DNA of 64,000 bases, taken from a virus. The stretch's first letter is position 1, and each line of letters begins with the position of its first letter. Location of the stretch: the IMG/VR virus record IMGVR_UViG_3300037485_001872, positions 70,123-134,122 of that record; one strand, 5' to 3'. The position numbers were made by a program, and so were the translations under genes. The notes under the pieces were generated by a model. It saw only the letters and a list, made by a program, of their open reading frames with translations, ran no database searches and was not told where the DNA came from. This document shows, piece by piece, positions 23,334 through 32,930 of the stretch.

Positions 23334-26300
23334 TTATTTCTTTTTACGTGTTTTACATTTTTTACTCAACTCTTCATTTGCGGCCTTAGTATTCTCTTGT
23401 GTTGGAGTTGACACTACATCGGGAGCTACATCTACAATTGATGGTTTCATTTTTCCAATGTAGTCCATTGAAAGTCCTCCAAAAATAGGAATTGTTTTGT
23501 CTATGTTCATGAATTTATCTAGAACGTCTTTAGAGTTCACAAATCCTCCTATGGTGTTTTCTCCTTCTGAGCTTCTAATTATTATAGTGGCATTTAGTTT
23601 TGCTGTTTTCTTGATTTGCTCGAAAATAGCTTCTTTTTGTTCCACTGTAACTCCCGCTTCTAAACTAACTATTATAGTGTCGTGAGATGAATAATCATAA
23701 TCTTCCCCTCTGGCTGTCACTAAATTAACTTTAGAACCCACTGCATCTAGAACTTTTTGTCCTAAAGCATTAGCTTCCTGTGAAATATCTACACCAGTTA
23801 CTTTATGTTGTTTTTTCTCAATTAGTATTGGAGAAAGTGGAATGGCTCCTGAACCTATAAATACAACATTACCTTTCATAAAACGGGTTTCTTTTTGTAA
23901 AGTTTCTACATAGTCAGCATAATATTCAAAATCTTCTAGTGTTTTAGTTCCCGCAATTATTTCATTTGCAAAAGCTACTTCTCTATCATAGTCTTCTTGG
24001 TTTAGGTTTTGTAATAATTGGGGTGTTTCTTTGAGGGATTGTTCTACTGCCTTAACTTTCTTAAAAGCCAATATCTTTTTGCGACCTAATTCAACGTGTG
24101 ATGCCATTCTATGTTGTCCATCATGGAAAAATCCGCTATAAATTACAGGTGGCAATTCTTCCCCTCTTTTTAATAGTTTCACCATATCATTGACTCTATC
24201 CATGTGTTCTAAATCACCATCGTAATCATCAACTAATTTATCTTTGTCGATTTTAGTATTGACAGAAACATAAGTTAATTCATATTGACCACTAAATTTA
24301 TTAGAGCTGTTATCAGCATAAGCCCCCATTCTGTCGTATATTTTAGTCAAATCTTCCGCAGAAACAACTTCACCTAATTTAATGCCACCCCATTCGCTTC
24401 TAATATCTTCCTTCACATCTCCTACACCAACACCAACACTACCTGCTTGGGGTGTTTCTTTGAGGGATTGTTCTAAAATTACATCAACTTGTTCACCTCC
24501 GACTACAAGTGTAGCTACTTTTTTACCATAAAAAGGAGATGACTTATCTGTTCCTTCACGAATTTCAGTAACTCTTACTGGAATATTTTCCTTTCCTTGT
24601 GATTCTTTTATTGCTTGTATTAACTCTAATGCACTTTCATTTTCTTCGGATTTTAAATCTATGCCTAAATTTTCTACTGCTTCTTCAAACGTGTTAAAAC
24701 CCTTATCATTTTGTTCTCTACTCTCTCCTTGTTTATTTGTAGTTTGTGTTTTAAATTTAGTTGTTTTTACACCATTTTTTTCTGTTGTAGTTACAACCAC
24801 CTTAACCATTTTACCCGAGCCATCATTTACAGTTTTATATGGTTTTTCCAATTTACTTCCCACATCTCCCCCTACACCAACACTACCTACTTCTTCTTCG
24901 GTTTTACCTTGTTCTTTGGGTAACAGTAAATCTTCTACAGTTTTTACTAATTCAGGATTAGTGTCGTCTAATTTTGCTTTGTGGTATGCTTCCGAAACAT
25001 CTCTTGCAGATTTATATTCATCTCCAAATTTATCTTGAAAATCATCAAACCAAGCAATATCTAAATTACCTAATGCAGTCCCTGTACTTTCAATATCTTT
25101 TAATGTATTATTAGATACCTCATTTGTAGTAGCATCTTCTCCCCCTACACCTACACTCCCTGCTTTTGGTAAAGCTGTTGCTTGACTTTTTGGGGCTTCA
25201 AGTAAAGGTGTAGCTTGACTTTTTAGTTGAGAAAGTATAGATAATTCGTTGCTGTACTTAGTAATTTCATCAAATGCTCTTTTGGGTTGTTCAAGTAATA
25301 ATGTAAGTGTATCTCCTAAGTTATTTGTACCTCTTAACCAACCTATATAAGTACCTTTATCTAAATTTTCAGTAAATTTGGGAATACCTACCACCTCTGC
25401 AAAATAATCTAATATAATTTGAGTTGCTGTAGTTCTTGTATTAACTTGGGAATCAGGTAGTGAATTTCTTCTTATATCTACATCGGATACTTTTACTTCT
25501 TGGGTAGGGACTACTGGTTGAGCTTCTTCATCCACTCCTTCAAATAGTTCCACCTCCTCATTCGGCTCCCCAAAATCTAGTACAACCTTTGGTGAATGAA
25601 AAACATCCCCACGTAAATCTAAATGTATACTTGCATTTTCAATTAAAGTTTGTTCCATATCTGTTTCTGGTAAAAGCCAGTCCGACAAAGATACGAATTT
25701 ATTTACATTAGACAATAAAGATTTTATTTTATCAATCTTTGCTTTATTAAGGTTTCCTGAAGTGATTTGTAGGGGCTGAACATCAATACCATTTCTCATT
25801 AATAAGAGATTTAGATTAGATGCTTTTTCAGCCTCTTCCACTTGTGTATTCATAATAGCATCCACTTCTCCTGAAACATCTATCACTGTAGGTATTAGAT
25901 TAACAGGGTAGGCTACATTCATTCCATTAAATGTAAACACAATAATGGCCACTCTTTTATTATCATATTTACCTTTCTTATTAGCTTGCACAGATTTTAT
26001 AAAAGAGGAAACATCTACTTTTGAATCATTTTTTAGATGTACTTTTCCATTCTCAATAAACCCTATATCTACAACATTTTTTACAGTGTCCTGAGTGAAG
26101 GGGTTATTTTGAATAGTTAACGTTCCGTCCTGATTAATTGTAGCATCTAATACAGGGTGTCCTATATACACATGTTGTACTGTGACTGTAGTGTTTAAGT
26201 CCACCATATCTCCATTACTTGCAAGGAAGGCTTCTGCGGCCTTTTTTCTTATCTCTGATACTCTTTTAAACACCTCACCATTTTTCGCTCCCTGAAGCTC

Positions 26301-29300
26301 TCTCTCGGCTTTTAGCACCCCTATTTCATTTGTACCATCTACAGAACGTATTACTAAGTTTTTAGCAAGGGTGATTAAGGCTTTTGCTTTATCCTTTGCT
26401 TTCTTATAATCGGCCAGAAGTGATTGATTGAATTTATTATTTGGAACCTCTAAAGAGAGTGGTGCGCCTGGGGCTAAATTCTGTATCTCAGCTACATCGA
26501 AGTTTCTATCGGCATCACGTTCAAAATCTGTGGGTACAGGGATTGCTTTTCCATCTACATTCATTAACAAAGTGTTGTAACTAGTTGGAAGTCTCATATT
26601 ATCCGTAGCTGTCCTAGTGATTAATATTGTACCTAGTGCGTTAATAGCATCCTTGGAAGCTTTATCAATTTTTAGATTGCGGGCATCATTGTCTTTAATA
26701 GTGAATCTAACTCCGTCATTTTCTATAACAATTGATTCATTTCTTTTTAGGGTGATAGTGGAAACATCAACCTCTACACCATTAACTTTTGCAGATTGTG
26801 GTGCTCCTCCATTAAATAAAATACGTAAAAACTCTTTTAAAGAAACGTTTGAGATTTCATAATGAACTTTCTTCTTTTCGTTCTCTACACGTTTAAACAT
26901 AGCCTTATCATAGGTTTGTAAAACATCGTATGGAATTTTGTCTGAGCTTTCCTCTTCGGCCTCAGACATAGTTTCAGTTAGCGGAATACTTTGGTGCTCA
27001 TCTGTCACTACTTCTTGCTTACTCTGTTCAATTGTAAATAACTGAGCATATAATTCTCCGAGTTTATACTTACCAGAAAAAGTTCCTTCTATGGCTCCCC
27101 ATTTATTAATCTTTTCCTTTAACTCATTATATCTTTGTTGTAACTTGGCTGAAAGAGGTTTTTTGGCTTTCTTATCCTCTAACTTATTAATTTCTCTAAA
27201 ATCCTCTTCTGTTGGTACTTCCTCTTCGGTTAAATGGTTTACATCAAGTCCTTGAAGGTAATTTTTAGAAGCCATAATGTCAGAGATGAGTTTACGTAAT
27301 CCAGCTGTAGTGTTTAAAGAAGTGTCCATTACAGGTTTCACTACCTTTCTGGCTTTTCTAATTGAATCCCCTTTTGTTTTCTTTAGAAGTTTTACAGCAT
27401 CATCTATAGCATTCTTTTCAGTGTCATAAATTCTTTCTTCCCTTCTAGATAGAGGGGTGTTATTAAACAGTTTTTCAGCTATACTATTTTTAAGCTCATC
27501 GGACACTGTATTGGAGCTCACAAACTCATTCCATACATTCTCTTCAATTGGGTCTGAGAAATCAATTAGGGTGGCATCCTTTACAGTGTATAGTGCATTC
27601 GAAAGGTCTGCTAATAGTCTAATATTAAAAGCATCATACTCAGAAAGAGAACTAGCTTTTATGTATTCTTCAATAGCTACTTTATGTTGTTCATCCTCTG
27701 TTAAAGGAATTCCCTTCTCAATTTTAGCATCAAATCTGGCCTGGTCTGCCGCAGAAACTAATGGAGTTTTAAATCTTTCCTTTGTATTAAATACTCCTAA
27801 TATTCCTTTATAACTACTAAAGTTATGTCTTTGGTCGGCCAATTTATCATAAACATTGTTGAAGCCTACAAAAGCAGTTTGATTAGCTTTGTATTCTCCT
27901 AATAAATGTTCAACTACTTGAGCTTCCTTTGGGTTTCTTTTTTTAAGCTCTGCTAAGTATCCATCAAAATTATCTAACTCATCTAAAGCTGTAAGGAGGT
28001 CATCAATTGAAGGAGAGGTTTTAGTCTTTGAAATTGAGTTAAATGCTAGGTCTTTAAATAAAGGACTTTCTGCTGCGGAAGCTTTTAGTTCATCTAATTC
28101 TTTTTGTCTTTCCTGAAGTACTCCTAATGTCTTCGCTGCCTTTCTTCTATTTGCTTCTAGTTTTTGGGCATGTTGATTATTCTCTGTTGTACGAGGTGCT
28201 GTTTCTTGAAGGGTACTAAAATCTTGTTGTAGAGCTATATACTCCTCATCTAGTGCTTTAACTCTTTTTGAAGCTAAACGAATGGCTTCTAATGAATTTT
28301 TACGTTCTTTAGAGATGTTATTATATAACTCAATATTACTAGCAATACCATTTTTTCCTGTCATTGCTTCTATGGTGTTTGCTAAATCTACACTTCTATC
28401 TTGAGCTTTAAGTCCTAAGAATATGTTGGCCGTTAACTCAGAAGTATAATCCTGCAACTTACCATCTTTTGTTTTGATTGGTGTAGCGTGAGTTTCAGCA
28501 GAAGCTCTTGCTAATTTAAATATCTTTACATTAGTTGCATATTCATCCTTTAAGGCTTGTTTTGTTTCATTAACTTTTGCTGTAATTTCCTCTTCAGACT
28601 GACCATCAATTTTAAATTCCTCAATAAGAGAAGCAGTGTCCATACTATCTAATGATTTATTAAATGTATCTACACTCTCTCCTAACTTTCCATTTCTATG
28701 CTCAAGTTCCATTTTGGCTAATTGAGATTGATTGAAAGCTATAGAGGCTGGGGTTAAATCTCCATTTCCTGCTAGTTTATTTGATTTTGCTGCGGTTGCT
28801 TGTAGTTGAGCAACACTTAACATATTCTTTAAAGCATTAGCTCCTGCATTTGTAGTTTTATTCCAGGCATCTTGTAATGCTGCTGCTTGAGGTGCTTGGT
28901 CTTTTAATGCTTTATTGTATCCTTTAACTGCTCCTCTACTTCCACCAAAAGCTCCAATTATCATACCAATTCCCACTTGTTTCATTCCCTCATTGGTTCC
29001 ATATGAGTAAGCCATGGCATCATAGAAAGCATCCATCATGTCATAGTTTTTCTTTAAGGAGCTGGGGTCATATTTAGCGGCTAAATAATTTTGAGAAGAT
29101 TGTGAAATTACAGATTGAAGTCCTTCCTCCCACACACCCTCTGTTAATGGTTTACTTAATGCGTGAGCTACTCTCCCTGTGTTTTTCCACATTTTAGTTG
29201 GTTCAAGAGCTTTATAAACTACCTTACCTCCCTCATCAATTGTATTTATTCCTACACCAAATGTTCTTCCTATTCCTTCAGAAATTGATTTAGACATTCC

Positions 29301-30398
29301 TTTACCAATTCCGAACATGCCTCCAAACATTATAACGTTGGACACTGCTAATAAAGGAGCATTTGTTAAAAAAACATTATTTGCTTTACTGACGGCATCT
29401 GGAATAAACTTTTGATATTCCTCCATTGTTGGATTACGACCATAGGCTTTTTGTATAGCGTCTTGGTAGTTAGCAATACTTTCGTCTAATGATTGTCTTG
29501 CTTCCACCCCTGCTTCAAACCCTACAGAAGTTGCTGTAAAACGTAATAAATTTGCAGCTTCTCCTACTTTTCCATACTTCACTGAAGAAGCTAATGCTCC
29601 TGCTTTCCCTGAATCCACTCCTAGTTCTGCTAATTTTCGCATAGCTCTTGTAGTGGCTCCAAGTTCCTCTGCTGCTCTTCCTGCTCTAAGACCCCATTTA
29701 GCCGTTGCTAACCCAATACTACTTCCTCCTGTAGCTGCTGCCCAAACTGCTTCACCACCTATAGCTCCTGCCATAAACGCAACACCTCCTAAAACATCAT
29801 TAAACCAGAAGTTGGTGTTTAGACCAGCCATTGCTTTAACCCAGCTCATGTTTTTTTCATGCTCTGTTACATAGTTTGGAAGTTTATAATCCAGCCTCTT
29901 ATTTTGTTCTTCAATCCATTTAGAAAAATCGTTGTTATAAAAAGCACTAAGTTTTCCTTCTTCAATGGCATTTACGGTTCCTGCAACAAATCCAATTGTT
30001 GAGTCTAAAGCATACCCTACAGCTTTTATAGCATTTTTACCTACACCATAAGCCATCTGTTCCCATCCAGATTGTTGTTTTGCATTTATCTCCTCATTAT
30101 TATACCCACTTAAATATTTTTCATACCGTGGTACATACTTTCCTGGGGCTACTTCAGCATATGCAACATCTATAGGTTTTGTATAACTAAATTCATTTGG
30201 CTGTTTTTTTTCAGATTGTATGAATGGATTATTAGCATGGGACTGATTAATAGTTAAAATCTTATCAAGAGCTGTCTTTGGAGGAGCTACAGCTTGATTT
30301 TGGATATTAGTTACAATAGTATTTAACTCTTCCTTATTAGCTATGGGAAGTGTTGGATTTTTTACAATGCTTGGGTCTACGTATGTTAGCTTATCCAT
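23334..30398 (-). CDS. large putative virion cargo protein (2354 aa) with C-terminal ParB/Srx-like and nicotianamine-synthase-like modules
   Basis: Gly/Ala-rich hydrophobic N-terminal region with EGVWEEGLQ; LPPVI....HDGQHR (ParB-like); FEYYADY..L..E....VVFIGSGAIPLS...VDIS..AN...IIIRSSEG (NAS-like). Confidence 0.8.
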   Translation of the reverse strand: MDKLTYVDPSIVKNPTLPIANKEELNTIVTNIQNQAVAPPKTALDKILTINQSHANNPFIQSEKKQPNEFSYTKPIDVAYAEVAPGKYVPRYEKYLSGYNNEEINAKQQSGWEQMAYGVGKNAIKAVGYALDSTIGFVAGTVNAIEEGKLSAFYNNDFSKWIEEQNKRLDYKLPNYVTEHEKNMSWVKAMAGLNTNFWFNDVLGGVAFMAGAIGGEAVWAAATGGSSIGLATAKWGLRAGRAAEELGATTRAMRKLAELGVDSGKAGALASSVKYGKVGEAANLLRFTATSVGFEAGVEARQSLDESIANYQDAIQKAYGRNPTMEEYQKFIPDAVSKANNVFLTNAPLLAVSNVIMFGGMFGIGKGMSKSISEGIGRTFGVGINTIDEGGKVVYKALEPTKMWKNTGRVAHALSKPLTEGVWEEGLQSVISQSSQNYLAAKYDPSSLKKNYDMMDAFYDAMAYSYGTNEGMKQVGIGMIIGAFGGSRGAVKGYNKALKDQAPQAAALQDAWNKTTNAGANALKNMLSVAQLQATAAKSNKLAGNGDLTPASIAFNQSQLAKMELEHRNGKLGESVDTFNKSLDSMDTASLIEEFKIDGQSEEEITAKVNETKQALKDEYATNVKIFKLARASAETHATPIKTKDGKLQDYTSELTANIFLGLKAQDRSVDLANTIEAMTGKNGIASNIELYNNISKERKNSLEAIRLASKRVKALDEEYIALQQDFSTLQETAPRTTENNQHAQKLEANRRKAAKTLGVLQERQKELDELKASAAESPLFKDLAFNSISKTKTSPSIDDLLTALDELDNFDGYLAELKKRNPKEAQVVEHLLGEYKANQTAFVGFNNVYDKLADQRHNFSSYKGILGVFNTKERFKTPLVSAADQARFDAKIEKGIPLTEDEQHKVAIEEYIKASSLSEYDAFNIRLLADLSNALYTVKDATLIDFSDPIEENVWNEFVSSNTVSDELKNSIAEKLFNNTPLSRREERIYDTEKNAIDDAVKLLKKTKGDSIRKARKVVKPVMDTSLNTTAGLRKLISDIMASKNYLQGLDVNHLTEEEVPTEEDFREINKLEDKKAKKPLSAKLQQRYNELKEKINKWGAIEGTFSGKYKLGELYAQLFTIEQSKQEVVTDEHQSIPLTETMSEAEEESSDKIPYDVLQTYDKAMFKRVENEKKKVHYEISNVSLKEFLRILFNGGAPQSAKVNGVEVDVSTITLKRNESIVIENDGVRFTIKDNDARNLKIDKASKDAINALGTILITRTATDNMRLPTSYNTLLMNVDGKAIPVPTDFERDADRNFDVAEIQNLAPGAPLSLEVPNNKFNQSLLADYKKAKDKAKALITLAKNLVIRSVDGTNEIGVLKAERELQGAKNGEVFKRVSEIRKKAAEAFLASNGDMVDLNTTVTVQHVYIGHPVLDATINQDGTLTIQNNPFTQDTVKNVVDIGFIENGKVHLKNDSKVDVSSFIKSVQANKKGKYDNKRVAIIVFTFNGMNVAYPVNLIPTVIDVSGEVDAIMNTQVEEAEKASNLNLLLMRNGIDVQPLQITSGNLNKAKIDKIKSLLSNVNKFVSLSDWLLPETDMEQTLIENASIHLDLRGDVFHSPKVVLDFGEPNEEVELFEGVDEEAQPVVPTQEVKVSDVDIRRNSLPDSQVNTRTTATQIILDYFAEVVGIPKFTENLDKGTYIGWLRGTNNLGDTLTLLLEQPKRAFDEITKYSNELSILSQLKSQATPLLEAPKSQATALPKAGSVGVGGEDATTNEVSNNTLKDIESTGTALGNLDIAWFDDFQDKFGDEYKSARDVSEAYHKAKLDDTNPELVKTVEDLLLPKEQGKTEEEVGSVGVGGDVGSKLEKPYKTVNDGSGKMVKVVVTTTEKNGVKTTKFKTQTTNKQGESREQNDKGFNTFEEAVENLGIDLKSEENESALELIQAIKESQGKENIPVRVTEIREGTDKSSPFYGKKVATLVVGGEQVDVILEQSLKETPQAGSVGVGVGDVKEDIRSEWGGIKLGEVVSAEDLTKIYDRMGAYADNSSNKFSGQYELTYVSVNTKIDKDKLVDDYDGDLEHMDRVNDMVKLLKRGEELPPVIYSGFFHDGQHRMASHVELGRKKILAFKKVKAVEQSLKETPQLLQNLNQEDYDREVAFANEIIAGTKTLEDFEYYADYVETLQKETRFMKGNVVFIGSGAIPLSPILIEKKQHKVTGVDISQEANALGQKVLDAVGSKVNLVTARGEDYDYSSHDTIIVSLEAGVTVEQKEAIFEQIKKTAKLNATIIIRSSEGENTIGGFVNSKDVLDKFMNIDKTIPIFGGLSMDYIGKMKPSIVDVAPDVVSTPTQENTKAANEELSKKCKTRKKK
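24018..24475. repeat. perfect 29-bp direct repeat flanking the ParB-like module
   Basis: TTGGGGTGTTTCTTTGAGGGATTGTTCTA at 24018-24046 and 24447-24475, encoding EQSLKETPQ. Confidence 0.9.
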
Positions 30399-30399
30399 A

Positions 30400-32895
30400 T
30401 TATTTGATTAGTATATTAGCAGATTTAATGCCACTAGGTATTTCTTTATTTTCTGATAATAATAATTCATCTTGTAAAATTTGAGATAGTAATATTTGAG
30501 GGTTAATGCGCCCAGCTTCTATAATATTATTATAATCCCCTATATCCATTATTGTACTACCTATCATGTTTTTTCCTATATATGCTGCTACTTTAACTCC
30601 TCCTGATTTTGTTGCTTCCTGCACTGTACTTATTCTAATTTTTGATGCATTATTAACAATTTTATTAATAGCAGTTGTAAGTTCGTTTTTATCAATACCT
30701 TGGTTTACACCTACTTGTATAAGTGTACTTTTAGTAGTTGACGCTAGTACTTTTGAGCTCTTTGCTGGGTCTCCACCCATTAACGCTAATACATCTCTAG
30801 TATCTCCATCTGAATAATAACTAGGTACTGGAGTTGAAATTGGTGAAAACTTAGTATTTTTTTCTTTATTTGCCTTAACTATTAATGTTGGGGCTTCTCT
30901 TTCAAAAGTCTCTTTTGTAACATTTACTGAACGTGTAACTGGAGTACCATTTTCACCCGTCCCTTTAGTTGGGGTTTGGGAGATAGTATAACCATTATCC
31001 GTTTTTTCAAATGTTATATCCAACTTCGGGTCAACATCAAAAGGTGAACTTCCAGATTGAGTTAACCTATATAATATTTGATATTCTGGGTTTATTTGCT
31101 TTCCTTTTTCTATTACAGGAGTTACTAAAAATTTATTTTTTTCTCCAAAATTACCATGTACTTCCTTTAACTCATCTAGTAAACTATAATCCATCTTTAT
31201 ATCTGGATTCCTAACTGAGACAATGTATTGTGAAAATTGTTTTTTACTATTAGGATTTTGTATAAACCAATCCCCTACTCTTTTAGCTATTACAGCATCG
31301 TCTTCGGTTGTTTTATTTCCTTTTAATAAATCTTTAACAATATTATCATTTGGATTTACTTTTAAGTAATACTCTAAAGCTGGAGTACCTGCTCCTGGAA
31401 GAGCTAATTCATCTCTTACTAATTTTTCTGGATTTAGATTTGCTATCTCTGGTAATTTACTTAGTTTTTTACCAATAGTACTATATTTTTCTTTTACAGA
31501 TAGTAAACTTGAAAAACTATTTAAATCAACATTTTTTTTCAATCCTGCATGTTGTTTATTTAGTTCTTCAAAAACTAATCTATGATAATCTTGTTTTGAT
31601 GTTTCTGCTCTAGCTTGTATAGCTGCTTTTACATTATCCCATTCAGAACCCCATTGTACTTTTCCAAAAGCGTCTGATTTTACATCTAATTCATTCTGCG
31701 TAGAACTAATAGTAGAAAGTGCTTCATTTAATAAGTCTAATTCTGGTAGGTCATCATTCCCATTTAACACTGGAATTATTCTAGTATCTGCCGCAGTCGT
31801 TATTAACTTTTCTTCAGCTTCTTGTTTTCTTACATCTAAATTGTATTTTAAAACATCTAAGTTATAATTTTGGTTTTCCCAAAAAAGGTCATCCTTTCCA
31901 TAAGTTTCACTTTTTATATGATAGTTGTGTAAGGTTTGGATTCCTCCAATAAGCTTCTCTCTTTCTAAATATCCTCCAATTTCTTCGGCTGTTCTTTTCT
32001 TTATATCATCATCTGGAATATTATAAGAAGATTTTAGTGTTTTTAAATTATCTATTTCTTCTTTTTTATCTTTATATTCGGGGGTTCCAACTGTTAATTT
32101 ACCTAAATCTGCTTCTGCTAAAGTAATATCTCCTGCTACTTCAGACTTAGCTCTTGTAACATGTTCTTTATATTTACTTTGTGCGTAAGTATCATTTCCT
32201 TGTCCCATATTATACCAACCATTAATATTAAGTTGTTGTTGTTCTTGGGGTGTCATCATTTGTTCTACAACCGTTCTAATTTCTGCTGGTTTTAATCCAT
32301 TATATGTAGTTTTTTTAATTCCCCCTTTTCCATCTTTAATTTCTATTACATCATCACCATGTTGCGTGGCCATTTTATCAAACCTATCATATACATCTTT
32401 AAAATTAGTAAAAGGTGTATAAGAGGTTCCTGAAAATTCACTTCCTACTTTACCATCATTTAACCAGGTGTAAATTGGTTTGAAACCATAAGCTTCATTA
32501 ACACTACTATATTTATCTGGATGTTTTTCCTTTACATTAGCTACCTCTGCTTGATAGCTTCTCATCTTTTTAGTTCCCTCTATTGCATTCACAACATTAT
32601 CATCCACAGCTTGTTTGATGTGAGTTGAAATTTGACGTGTTAAACCATTTGAGGACATATCTAATGGGTACTGATTGATTTGCTTTATAAGCTCATTAGT
32701 ACGGTCATAGAGGTATTTTTTATCAGAATCCTTTACAATATCTAGGTTAGAAATTGCTTCAATTTGTCCTAAAGTGGATTCCCAATTTTTATCAAATTTT
32801 TGTTGGGTATTTGCCATGGCTTGAACCATGAATGAAAGGTCAATAGGCTCCACAAATTTATTGTACTGCCTAGAAATTGAATATGCTGATGCCAT
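30400..32895 (-). CDS. putative virion cargo protein (831 aa)
   Basis: N-terminus MASAYS...FVEPIDL.FM.QAM...QQKFD resembles crAss-like internal proteins; position in cargo block. Confidence 0.65.
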   Translation of the reverse strand: MASAYSISRQYNKFVEPIDLSFMVQAMANTQQKFDKNWESTLGQIEAISNLDIVKDSDKKYLYDRTNELIKQINQYPLDMSSNGLTRQISTHIKQAVDDNVVNAIEGTKKMRSYQAEVANVKEKHPDKYSSVNEAYGFKPIYTWLNDGKVGSEFSGTSYTPFTNFKDVYDRFDKMATQHGDDVIEIKDGKGGIKKTTYNGLKPAEIRTVVEQMMTPQEQQQLNINGWYNMGQGNDTYAQSKYKEHVTRAKSEVAGDITLAEADLGKLTVGTPEYKDKKEEIDNLKTLKSSYNIPDDDIKKRTAEEIGGYLEREKLIGGIQTLHNYHIKSETYGKDDLFWENQNYNLDVLKYNLDVRKQEAEEKLITTAADTRIIPVLNGNDDLPELDLLNEALSTISSTQNELDVKSDAFGKVQWGSEWDNVKAAIQARAETSKQDYHRLVFEELNKQHAGLKKNVDLNSFSSLLSVKEKYSTIGKKLSKLPEIANLNPEKLVRDELALPGAGTPALEYYLKVNPNDNIVKDLLKGNKTTEDDAVIAKRVGDWFIQNPNSKKQFSQYIVSVRNPDIKMDYSLLDELKEVHGNFGEKNKFLVTPVIEKGKQINPEYQILYRLTQSGSSPFDVDPKLDITFEKTDNGYTISQTPTKGTGENGTPVTRSVNVTKETFEREAPTLIVKANKEKNTKFSPISTPVPSYYSDGDTRDVLALMGGDPAKSSKVLASTTKSTLIQVGVNQGIDKNELTTAINKIVNNASKIRISTVQEATKSGGVKVAAYIGKNMIGSTIMDIGDYNNIIEAGRINPQILLSQILQDELLLSENKEIPSGIKSANILIK

Positions 32896-32902
32896 TATTT
32901 TA

Positions 32903-32922
32903 TTTTACAAATATACGAAATT
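32903..32922 (-). promoter_or_regulatory. Bacteroidetes-type -7 promoter element
   Basis: TTTCGTATATTTGTAAAA on the minus strand (TATATTTG at 32908-32915), just upstream of ATG 32895. Confidence 0.65.
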
Positions 32923-32930
32923 TTTTTGAC

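Noticed and set aside
24208-24232. DDYDGD resembling the RNA polymerase catalytic DxDGD motif
   Set aside because: It lies in a short repeat-bounded cassette just before a ParB-like DGQHR motif, with no surrounding RNAP context
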